Assembly (NCBI GenBank): GCA_964016885.1 | Contig: OZ024743.1 | Location: 308,512,001 to 308,576,000, forward strand | Reading direction: 5' to 3' | Length of the DNA stretch: 64,000 bases | Source: Eledone cirrhosa | Lineage: Eukaryota | In this document: piece by piece, positions 1 to 10,700 of the stretch | How the letters are laid out: every line of letters begins with the position of its first letter | Numbering within the stretch: position 1 is the stretch's first letter | Translations under genes and position numbers: made by a program | The notes under the pieces: generated by a model | Told to the model about the DNA's origin: nothing | What the model saw: only the letters and a program-made list of their open reading frames with translations | Databases searched by the model: none

Positions 1-19
1 TTGTTGGCGGATGGGGTGC

Positions 20-3000
20 CTACAAAACTTCCTTATAGACTATATTTTGGGTTTTCTCGCGAGTTGCAAAAGCAAATAGGTTATGTCGGCTCCCCACTCG
101 AGAGCAGCCAACATATAGTTGACCATGGCAGAAGCACGGTTCTTCTAAATTAAACCCTACGACCGTCAGCGTCTGACCCTGTGATTTGTTAATCGACATG
201 GTGAAATTGACCCGGAGAGGGAATTGCAGCCTTCTGAATGTGAAAGGAATGTCTTTACCGGATGGAATGAGAGGTATCCTTGGTATGAAGACAGTATCCC
301 CCTTACCACATCCTGTAAGTATTGTTACCTCAATAACATGAGGCATCGCCTTTTGGACGACCAGTCGCGTGCCGTTGGAAAGCCTTCGGGGTTCCAAATT
401 CCTGAGGAGCATGACAGGGGCACCTTTCTTAAGTCCCAGTAAGTATGGTGGCAATCCGGGAGAGTCTAGGGAGTTAAGAAATTCTGTGGGCTAATTAACA
501 ACATCGTCCGGATCAGCCATAGAGTCAAGGGACTTGTAAATGTGCAGGTTTCCAGGCAAGCACAGCATGAGCTGTTCATTAATGCTTCCAACTATGTGGT
601 TTTTCGAAGCCAATATTGCGCGTTCACACAACCACTCTTGATTTGTGTAGTTCTCCTCAAGATTAGGAAAAACAAACGTCCGTAACTCAGCAATTGACTT
701 AACGCATCTGCAAATCCCTGTGAGGTCCACTGCACCATCTCCGTCAAGTGGGACTTTGCCATCTCCCAACGACAAAATGGCAGCAGCAAAACCGGGTGAT
801 GTCTCATCAGCTTGCAGTTGTGCTCTCGTTTGTTATAAGCGTCAGCTTTCTTACATAACGCCGAAGTGGGGAAGCCTTAAGGCATGCACCAACCTCATCA
901 GCCGGCGTACCTTTTGGGATTACAGGCAGTCTGTCGGAAGTCCCCAGATAACAGGAAAGTGACACCTCCCATTGGTTCTTGACAGTCCCTGATGTCTCTG
1001 AGTGACCAGTCTAATGCCTCGAAAGCCGCCTTGTGGGCCATTGTGCATTCGTCCCAAACAATTGTAGGCAGCACTTTAACACCAGTGCTTTTCCGGAAGA
1101 CTTGCTCAACGTGCGAGTCTCAGATGCCACATTGAGAGGAAGACTGAAGGCAGAATGGGCCGTCCTGCCAGCAGGCAGTAAAGTTGCTGCAATGCCGGAA
1201 GAAGCCACAGCCAATGCGATGTTTCCGTGTTGCCTCACTGCAGCGAGTAAAAGTTTGATTACAAATGTTTTGCCCATGTGTCCAGGAAGAATATACCCCC
1301 TCCCCGATTACGGATGGAATCAATGACAATGTTGTAGGCTTGTTTTTGATCCATTAGAAGTTTTGGTTCCTTTTCTTCAACATACCTTTTGAGTTCGTCA
1401 ACATCATATGACGTTTCACGTATAATGTCGTTGGGAATGTCAGATGGCGCATCTCGAAATGTTTGCGGAAGCCCATATTTCTCCAAGACATCTCCGCCCA
1501 TTGAAGCCACTCTGTCTTCAATATCGATCAGAGCTCTGTTAGATGTCGGCTTTTCAGATGCTATATATAAGTTTGGAGATTGCAATTGAGCGAGACGCCT
1601 ATATTCGTCTGCGAAATTATCTTAAAACTTTTGCCATAAAGTGTAAGGATCGCTCAATTCACAGACGTGCAAGAGGATAGCAAAAAGTGCTCTTAGACTA
1701 TGGGATGATTGTGAGATGGCAGCTTCCGTTAAGATTGCATCCCATTGTGCGTTATCTTCTAAAAGTCCACGCCTCAAGCAGGCTTCCCTGTATGTTCCGC
1801 AGGTGTATCCATCGACGGTTCTCAGATGAGTGAAGCTGGTCGGCCCTCTTACCTCATGAAGCAGAAGTCGCAGGTAGAAGCATTCGTGTTGGGTTGGGTG
1901 GACCGTATAAACTCGCCCTAGGCAATTGTCGAATTTGATGCCTGGATGTCCAACCACCTCTTGCCCTTCCTTCGTAGCCATTTTGTACGGTTCCAGGTAT
2001 AGTAAGACGGTATTTCAGAATACAGCTGAGTTTGAGCGAAGTCGTCGTGTTAACAAAGTTTAAAAAAAGCGGTGAATGTAGTTTCCTTTGGAGAGATCGC
2101 TAGCTGAGCAGCTGTTGCATCGTTGTAATACACCCGTTGACCGTTTACAAGGTGAACGGCAAGTTGTTTAATGACGGGGTATCGTTTGTGCAGTGGGAAG
2201 CCAAAAATGCGCCAAAAGGCTTCATTACTGCTAATGTATCGACCTGCTTGGTAGTCAGATACCTCGTCTCTACTGTTTTCATGATGAAGACCAAAGACGG
2301 CAGCATCCGATCCCTTGTTTACGTACTTACAAACGTATTTAATTGATTTTACTGAGTTGCAAAATTCGACGTTTATATGGGCGTTGAACGCTTTCAATAT
2401 GGCACTATCTAGCTGTTGTCGGTTTCACGTTCGCCAACTTTTGCTGTGAACCCACCGTCTTCAGGTCTCCTGCGCCTATACAACGGATATCTGTCATCGC
2501 CAGTCTGTGTTTCCTGTAAAAACGGTCTGGGATATCGTTTTGTACACTTTCTGTCGTGTATGCACGGGGACTTCATATTGAGTCCATGACCACAAGAACC
2601 ATGGACCATGTTTGATGTGACTATAGAGAAGAGGTCTTTATCAATCGACGGATCAGGTAGTTCGGCAGAAATGAATTTGTCGATGTAAGTTTGAACTGAT
2701 TTTTGTAACCAACCAAATCAATATATGGGCATGCAGCAGCCCTCGTTTCTGCCATTCAACCGTGTACTTGTCGCACCTGACAGGCCCAAAAACCTGTCCT
2801 TTCTTTAATAAATCCATTAATTTGGATAATTTCAGGCGAAACACTCTTGCTATGAGATCGTGCCTGTGTCTTGGCGCTTGACCGTGGAACAGTTCGTTTG
2901 TAATCTCCTTCCACTTGGAATTGCATGTAAACGTTATGAAAAGGTTGGGGCGCCCATAATGTTGTACGTTAGTCATGGTGTCCTGAGTCCTCTCGTGCAT

Positions 3001-4390
3001 GTATCGGGTCCCCCTGTGAACGTTGAAGGCAAAATACACACTTGCCCTAAATTGTCTGGGGATACGTCGTTGTTAATTCCATCGCGTAGATGAATGTAGC
3101 ATTTAGATCAAAGTTTCTTTTGATTTAATTTAATGAACCATAATCTCTCAGACTCCATTTTAACAGCCATATCAACAGCAAATTGTCGGAAAAGGTTCTG
3201 AGAACGGTGTAGATGGTTGAATGATTTGTCCCTTACCATAAATCGGAAAGCATAGAAATCCATGCAGGTGACAATTTTGCTAAGATGTGCCTCACCATTG
3301 CCTGCTGAATGTTGAAGAATGCCGAAATGGTATTCGTCCTCGCCGTTGACAAATAGCAATGGATACTGGAGTGCATCGTAGGACCTGTGTGACTCATTGA
3401 TACGCTGTAATGTGCTGTCTCGGTGCTTTAGAATGATATCTCTCTTGTGCTGTTCACCACAAATAACCGCAGCAATCTCATTACATGTTGGTGCATTGAG
3501 CAATCTCATTACATGTTGGTCAGCATGTATGACCACACAAAAGTTTTGGTTGGTGGCTGTCTCCAAAGCGTACTTGAAACTGCGAACATAGCTGTTTTTT
3601 TTCTTGAAGCATTTCTTGAAGTTTTATTATGGTTCCAATGTTAGTTTCGGAAGAAATAGAGTTTCACATCTCTGCCTGCTCCTGATAGTTTCCAACGAAG
3701 TACAACTGAAGAAATTGATGATCCTTTTCTCTCAGAGACTGAATAGACCCAATCAAGTGGTAGATCTGCCCCTGGACCTTGAAAGTTGGCATGCACCCAC
3801 GTTCCGAGGCAAGCTTTGCTCCGAAGGATGTCATCTGAAACGCGGAATTGTAGCAGCGGATATTACACAGAAACTTCGATGATTCCTCTGTGTCTGTCAA
3901 AAGGAGTTGCAATGTCTCTGGAGGGTCGTGAATAGGAGGTAGTCTAACTTTACCGTTTGAACAGCATATTCCATCTCTCCCCCCTGACCACTTTTCCGTA
4001 CGACAAAACTGGCAAGTAGAGGTCATTTCCCCAATTTGAATATCTGCTTGGATGGCGTAGTTGGAGGAGGGGTCGTAGTTAAAGGCCTTCAACAACCATC
4101 ATGAATTGCAAGTCCTAGAAATGCCACGTAACGATGATCGCCGCTGTTCACTTTGCAGAAGTCGGCCACGTCCTTGCTCTATAGTTTCAGTATTTCAGTA
4201 TTTCGTGCAGCAGCGGCAGTGGCGTCCCTGCTACGTCGAACGGCATGTCGTCCTTCATCCTCTCGAGCACGAGCAGCGGATGTTGCAGAGGTATCTTTGT
4301 TCTGTCGAAGTTCACGCCGACTGTCATACTCCTCCGCTCTTGCAGCTGCCGTGTGCACAGCATTCTGTGAGAGCCTGATCGCAGTCGCAT
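20..4390 (-). pseudogene. Helitron Rep (HUH-Y2)/PIF1-like helicase, multiple frameshifts and stops
   Basis: Rep motifs FITFTCN, VEWQKRGLLHAHILIW and YVCKYVNKGSD; helicase motifs GKTF, VASSGIAATLLPAGRTAHS, QFPLRVNFTMSINKSQGQT and HGQLYVGCSRV; N-terminal CxxC...CC zinc motif. Split over about 10 ORFs. Confidence 0.95.
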
Positions 4391-4980
4391 TTAGATCGGA
4401 CTTGACCGATATAAATAGGAGTGATTTCGCTCAATGAACAACGCTAGAGTTGTCTGATTGGTTAGATAATACAAATAAGTGTGATGAAATCTACTGAACA
4501 CAACTCATTGATGTGTGGTTGGCCAGAGGTCGCCATTTCACACTTAATTGAGAGAGACAACTGGGTGCAAAAACTAATCAATCATTCGCACATTTTAGGC
4601 ATGAGTGTGAAATAGCACAATCCACATACAGTAGGCGTTGAAATTTACACCTGGGTTAAATCGCACTTTCTTGGTTAGGAATTCAAGGAAAAAAATTTAA
4701 CTCTCCATTCTGCACTTAATTGTGGTGCAATTACACGGGGGAGACAACCAGGTGCAAAATTAAATTCAATCATCCTAAAGTTAAGTCAGGGGGATTTAAA
4801 AATTCGCTACTCCATTTGTAGGACATAACCGATGTGTCAACTTTCGTTTAAACTGACTTTTATTTCCAGAAGTTGAAATGCTTTGCTGCGACCATAATGT
4901 GAACTTTAAAAGTGGTCCAAAGGGGCTCACTGCCCTCCCTAGGGGGTTCCCTTGCAAAATTCAAGTGATAATGAATGTGT

Positions 4981-5530
4981 TCCCATACAGCTCTGAGTTT
5001 TTCATCCTCAGTGTATACTGATTAATGTTCAGAGCCATCCTCAGCATTCTCGTGTAGCACCCATCCACCATCTGAGTGAGTCTCTTGGTCAGTGTCCAAG
5101 TCTCAGACCCATACAGCAGCACAGACTCCACTACAGCAATGAAGAGGCGGATTTTCAGGTCTCTACGAAGGTCCGACTTCCACACCGATCTCAAGCTGTG
5201 ACACGCCGCCCAGGCCTTGCTCTTCCTCTCAACCACATCATCTTCCGTATTCCCAATCTCAAAAGTCAGCTCAAAAGTGACACAGAGAAGACTGAGGTTG
5301 GCTGGACATGCTCACCGACATCCAGAGTTGACATTGCACTCAGTGCTCCTTTGGGAGCCCCTACATGGACACACTAGAAGAGGAAGACCAAGGTTAACAT
5401 ATGTTGATGCCCTAAGGACAGACACTGGTCTGTTGGAGATGCAGGATATGGCAGCGATAATGAGGGACAGAGACCGCTGGAGAGAACTCGTCCATGGATC
5501 TCGGGAATTTTACCCGCCTTAGATAGATAG
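4981..5530 (+). mobile_element. 5'-truncated, 5'-inverted RTE-clade LINE inserted in the Helitron, 11-bp TSD
   Basis: TSD aatgaatgtgt at 4970-4980 and 5531-5541. Segment 4981-5259 is antisense (LLYGSETWTLT), segment 5260-5530 is sense (RLRLAGH, GRPRLTY) and ends in (AGAT)n. Near-identical to the 3' end of the LINE at 40497-42567. Confidence 0.92.
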
Positions 5531-6356
5531 AATGAATGTGTGGTGCTTTATCTTATGGTAGGCAATAACCATTTCGTTTAGTTTTTGTAAGAACCAAGTA
5601 TAAACTCCCGAGGTTATGGTGCTTTTTTATTGTGGCAGTTTTAACTTTTATAGGTTAATGAATTGGGCTCATTGTCCCCGAGGGGGTCCTCTTGCTAAAT
5701 TGAAATGAAAGTAAATGTGCTTCACTGTATCTTCATCTGTAGTACATGAATAACAACTAAGTCGAAATTCATTTTATTGGACTACCAATTATAATAGCCA
5801 AATTCAATAAATGACTCGCCGAGGCTTACTGACCCCTGGGGGTTCCTTGCTTGTATAGACAGTGTCTTCAACATCATCTTTAGGCAATGAGTAACCAATG
5901 TGTCCGGTAAAGTTAAAATCGAACATAAACTTCAAAAGTTACCAGGTACTAATACAGTGTTAATGTGAACTTCAATAGATAAGTCGAAGGGTTTACCTGA
6001 ATTTCTGCGCAAATGCCTGCAAATTTATTTGTAGGCCATAAGCAAACAAAAGAATAATTTTGGTGAAGATGGGAAGTAAACTGCAGGAATTATGGGGCCT
6101 TTATGCAGTAGTACTGCTGACTCCAAGCAAGAGTCTTAAGGGGGTTATCTGCCCCTGAGGGACCCCACAATCGATGTACGGAAAAATAAAATGGCCTACG
6201 ACGCGTAAGAGGACTTCAGAAACCTATGTATGAAATTTGGTGCAAATCGGTTGTAAAATGTAGAAATGCATGTGGTTACACAGACAGACAGACAGACATC
6301 TTCTGTTTTATATATATAGACTAGCAGAAAACCACCTGTGGGCGGTTTTCTGCTAG

Positions 6357-6540
6357 TCTATATATCTAAAACAGAGAATGTCTGTGTCTGTCAGCTCACT
6401 AAAACTTGAGAACCATCCAACCGATTGTTTTCAAACTTTAGACATGTAATACTTATGGTCCTGTGAGTGTTTTGAGCAAGAATTATTTCAAATTTTCAAT
6501 GCCCTAGGGACCGCATTAGGCGATTTAGCGTTCTCTCTAT
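6357..6540 (+). mobile_element. 5' end of a second, related Helitron, head-to-head with the first
   Basis: TCTATATATCTAAAACAGAGAATGTCTGTGTCTGTC...CAACCGATT...CAAACTTT parallels the 6320 terminus. The right boundary is uncertain. Confidence 0.6.
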
Positions 6541-7093
6541 ATAATTCTTAGTCTTTCTTTTTAGATAGATACATAGATATAACGTTGCGCCCTTATAATA
6601 TCTGTCTGTATGTCTGGCTGTCTGCATTACGTCATTATGACGCGCTCAGTGTGTGTGTGTATATATATATGTATCGTAATGCAGACAGCAAGACATAGCT
6701 TTCCTTCCCCTCTTCCAGCGTCTCTCTCTCTCCCGCTATCCCCCTCTTGTAGTCTGTCTCTTTCTTTCACTCTCACTCTCACTCTACGCGTCGGACAGAC
6801 AGACAGAGAAATTGCTGGTTATATATTATAAGGAGATTAAGAATACAATCATTAATTGAGAGAGAGACTATCAGAAACAATAGTGAGACAAAATATAAAA
6901 TACAAGAAAGATATTAACTGCAGTACTAGATATGTTTTATCATGGCACCAGCACTACCACTTTACAGAGTGCACTGAGTGCATTTTATCATGACACCAGC
7001 TCTACCATTTTACAGAGTATATTAGATGTATTTGATTGTAGTCCCAGCACAACCACATTACAACAGAGTGTGATATATAACACCAAACTTTGG

Positions 7094-7122
7094 TTTATTT
7101 TATAACAAATTTTCTTTTTATT
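7094..7122 (-). promoter_or_regulatory. Candidate GPAA1 polyadenylation signals (AATAAA at 7122-7117 and 7099-7094)
   Basis: Two minus-strand AATAAA hexamers about 330-360 nt after the stop codon. The context is AT-rich, so chance occurrence is possible. Confidence 0.35.
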
Positions 7123-7452
7123 AACAATTCCATCATTATTATGAATATTTGGTTGTACATGCATCTTTTTCAAGGTTGAATGGTGTTTGATGCTTTTGTT
7201 GGAGCAGTTTTTAAAGAAGGATGTTTGTTTTACTACCAACAACTGCTCATGTGATTTAGAAATTGTACCTGTTTCATTATGTCATTCAGGAATTAATGAT
7301 TATGTGCCTGGCTCAATAACAACTCTTTAGCTGTAGTAGTAGTAGTAGAAATTTGAACCTATGATCATCTAGTTAGTAGACCAGAACCTGAAACTCACTA
7401 CCACTGATTCTCTTGGTCACAATAATGATGATAATAATAATAAAATAATAAT

Positions 7453-7750
7453 TTAGCTTAAACGAAATAAAGTACTGTCTGTTTCAAGTCTCATGTGAGA
7501 CACCCCCCACAGCATTATCCAATTTGGATAGATAGCAAAGCAAAATACAGGATATGTCCAACAAGACAGCAATGAATAGTCCAAAATACTTAGTAATATA
7601 GTATCTTTGAATAAAGACCAAGCGTTAACAAATATATCAATGACAGAAGCTGGTCTCTGTTCATCTAATACTGAGATAATCGAAGCCAAATATATGAGGA
7701 CAGGAGGTGAAACTAGCAATAGTAATACTGACTGTAAACACCGTAGCAAC
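7453..7750 (-). CDS. GPAA1: GPAA1 coding exon 12 (terminal, stop TAA at 7455-7453)
   Basis: ttttgcag|[16 protein letters not shown]...[18 protein letters not shown]...RLS*; matches the LLxSP and P-x-W C-terminal pattern of the family. Confidence 0.9.
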
Positions 7751-10700
7751 CTGCAAAATAAATGATTCATATAAATTACTGAATATTTAGGCAGTGAGTT
7801 GGCAGACATTAAAACATTGAAAAAAAGAAAAAGATTAATATGGCAATCTCCAAGTTGTAAAGAGGCTGGTGATAAAAAGGACATCCAGCCATAGAACTCT
7901 TGCCAAACAAAGAGCTGGGAGAACCCACAGTTGTGTCAAAGACATGACAACCTTTCCTCTGCACTTGGTGGAATGTGAAACTGTACACAAGCGAGATGCA
8001 GACGCCCTGACCTGTCCAGAAGATCAGTAGCTCCACTTCAGTACTGACTTGATCTATGTAGACCCGTCTAACCCTTGCTAGCAGGGAAAGCGGATGTTAA
8101 AACTACGATGATGACAGCAGACACCTAAACAGGTTTAGCTGGCTTCCTACGAGATTACATATCATAGGAGGTTTCTCATGTGATTTAATGATAAGGGCCC
8201 CCAGTCCTATCATGAAAAGCAACATGAAATAAAGCAGCTTGCAGTAAACAACAATTTGGTTCAGGAATTAAGTCCACAATCTTACGATTGTGAGTCCAAC
8301 ACCATAACCACTAGACCAAGTACCTACACGAGTTGTTAGAGTGAATAGTTTCCAATATTAGTTCCAGCTTTCTGCAGAGATCTTTACAGCCAGATGCCCT
8401 TCCTAATGCCAAATAGTGTACTGGAGCCATTTTGTTGTACCAGCACTACCACTTTACAGACTGTACTCTATTCCTGAATTAAATGTAATCAGCAAATAAT
8501 GAATATATTTCCATAGCTACATATAAAGGTTTTCTTTTTCATAACTTAGCAGAATAAATATAAACATTTTAAAATTAACAGCTTTGTATTGTAGAACCAT
8601 GTGCAGTTTCAGGCAGTTTGGTATAGAAAAGGATTAAAAAAACACAAAATACTTACTTATTTGAAACGGGCTGCACAATGACTGAGACTGGAATAATTGC
8701 AGCAGCAAGGAAGAATGCTAGTGATATGTTCATTAATGCAATTGAGAATAGAACAAGGGATTGAAAGATGAGGGTGACACATTTTAACAGAGGCCAATCA
8801 ACTTGAAAACCATTATCAAATTCATGTGGCTTTCTGAAAATATAAACAAATAATAAAATAGTATATTTAATGTGAAGCATTGAGAGCTATGAAATAATTG
8901 ATGAGAATTTCAGAAAGCCAGTACAATGTGATAGAAATATATAAAGGGCAAAGGATGACAAATAAAACAAAAAAACAGTATTTTATCCATGATATTTCAG
9001 GTTTAGGAACCCCTTTTCAAATGCAAAACAAAAGAACTATGTGCTCTTCTTTAACTGGTCCAAGTTAAGGAGGAACACATTGATTAGAATGTATTTTCCA
9101 AAATTTGTTACAAACTTACTTAGAAATGAATCGTGGAAAGAAAAGCCAGGCAGAGAATAGTGCCATGAGGCCATACGTAATGGCTTCATCTGTTGGGATC
9201 TTCAAATGACGGGCATGACTATTAAATACATCAGGCAAATAATATGACATTAAACCAACAAGGAAACTTAATATAATCATTGGTATGATGGACAGTAAGT
9301 CTCTTGATTTCTCTTCCTGTTGAAAGATAATATAAATATTACAAATATTAGCAATTTGGAAACCTTCAAAATATTCAGAGAATATGTTTTCAAAAGATTT
9401 ATCAATAATGTAAAATTTAATCCTTTTGACACCAATCTTCCTAAAACTCCCCCTGGTTTTATGGCCCAAGGCTATTCATTTTGATTTAATAATATAACTT
9501 TGGCACATGGCTTAGTGGTTAGAGCATTGGCCTTGCAATCGAAAGGTTGTGAGTTCAATTCTCAGACCGGGTAATGTGTTGTTTCCTTGAGCAATACACT
9601 TTATTTCACATTGCTCCAGTTTACTCAGCTGTAGAAATGAGATGATAGGGACTGGGGTCCATATCATTCCACTGCAAAGTGGTCGTGGAGGTGCCACGGC
9701 AAAAAAAGCACCCAGCACTCACTGTAAATGAGGTTGGTGTTAGGAAGGGCATCCAGCTATCGAAATCAAGCCAGAATCAGTTCCCGTCCCACCCTTGCAA
9801 GCAGGGAAAAAGCGGATGTAAAATGAAACGATGATGATGATGAACTTTCTTGTTATTAAGCTGGTATTTGGAGCATAACTTAAACGTTCTTTTACATAAA
9901 TTTATGATGGAAGGTTTTTAGACAAATACACACTTTAAAATAAACAACTTAGCATCCTTGAACCAGAAGCAGGTGGTTTGGTATCAAAAGGTTAAAAAAA
10001 CGAATTGCCAAAAATAGTTTCTTGCCATTTACCTCATCTGAGTCATTTTTAAAACTGTCATCAACTTCAATATCATTGACATCTTCAGCTAAGTTCTCCA
10101 AGGGATCTTTCTTCTTTTCACAAGAAAACTCTTCAGTCTTCTTCAATGGACTTTCTTCTCCTTCATCATTCTCTTTTTCCTTTTCTTCTTTTTGTATTTC
10201 CTTTTCTTGTTTCTCTACTTCTTTCTCATCTTTTTCTTTTTCTTGTTTTGAAGAATCTGTGTCACTTTTATCTTGCTTCTGTTCAGCTTTGTCTTTTGGT
10301 TTTTCAGAACCAATCCACAACGAAATGGCATAGAGTATGTTAAGGTGGAAATATCTTTTAGTTGATTCTTGGAGCAATTACGATAGAAAAAGTAACTAAG
10401 TGAAGGAATCGTGAGAACGTCAGATAGAAAGTTTTGAGGTATTTGTTCCAGCTCTCTGCAGCCTGAGTTCAAAGTTTGCTGAGGGCCAGCTCAATACTGG
10501 ATCTTTTCTTACTCTCCCTCTCTCTGTTCCAACTTAGAAAAGGGTGAGCTCTGCCAGGTTTAAATATCCATTCCTACAACTCCAAGAGTTAAGGGGGTTT
10601 TGGCATGATATAAGACTTTAAAAAAAAACCCCGGTTACTATGTGTAGGGATACAGTGTATTTATTCTAAACTGGATACACACAGAATCGTCACATTGTTT

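Larger units (their letters stand above)
1..6320 (-). mobile_element. Helitron (decayed autonomous element); 5' TC terminus at 6320, 3' end beyond the window start
   Basis: Rep/Hel coding fragments at 20-4390. The 5' end TCTATATATATAAAACAGAAGATGTCTGTCTGTCTGTC is typical of invertebrate Helitrons. Degenerate internal subrepeats lie at 4540-5850. Linking the 6320 terminus to the coding part is an inference. Confidence 0.85.

Noticed and set aside
224-4437. Plus-strand ORFs over the Helitron
   Set aside because: They are antisense shadows of the Rep/helicase coding sequence.
9502-9575. tRNA gene
   Set aside because: A and B boxes are present but no clean cloverleaf, and the sequence continues into a multi-copy SINE body.
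10215-10472. AC acceptor (ATAC|TCT) for the U12 intron using the alternative frame
   Set aside because: It is too close to the branch point and leads to SMPFR... with a stop at 10215.
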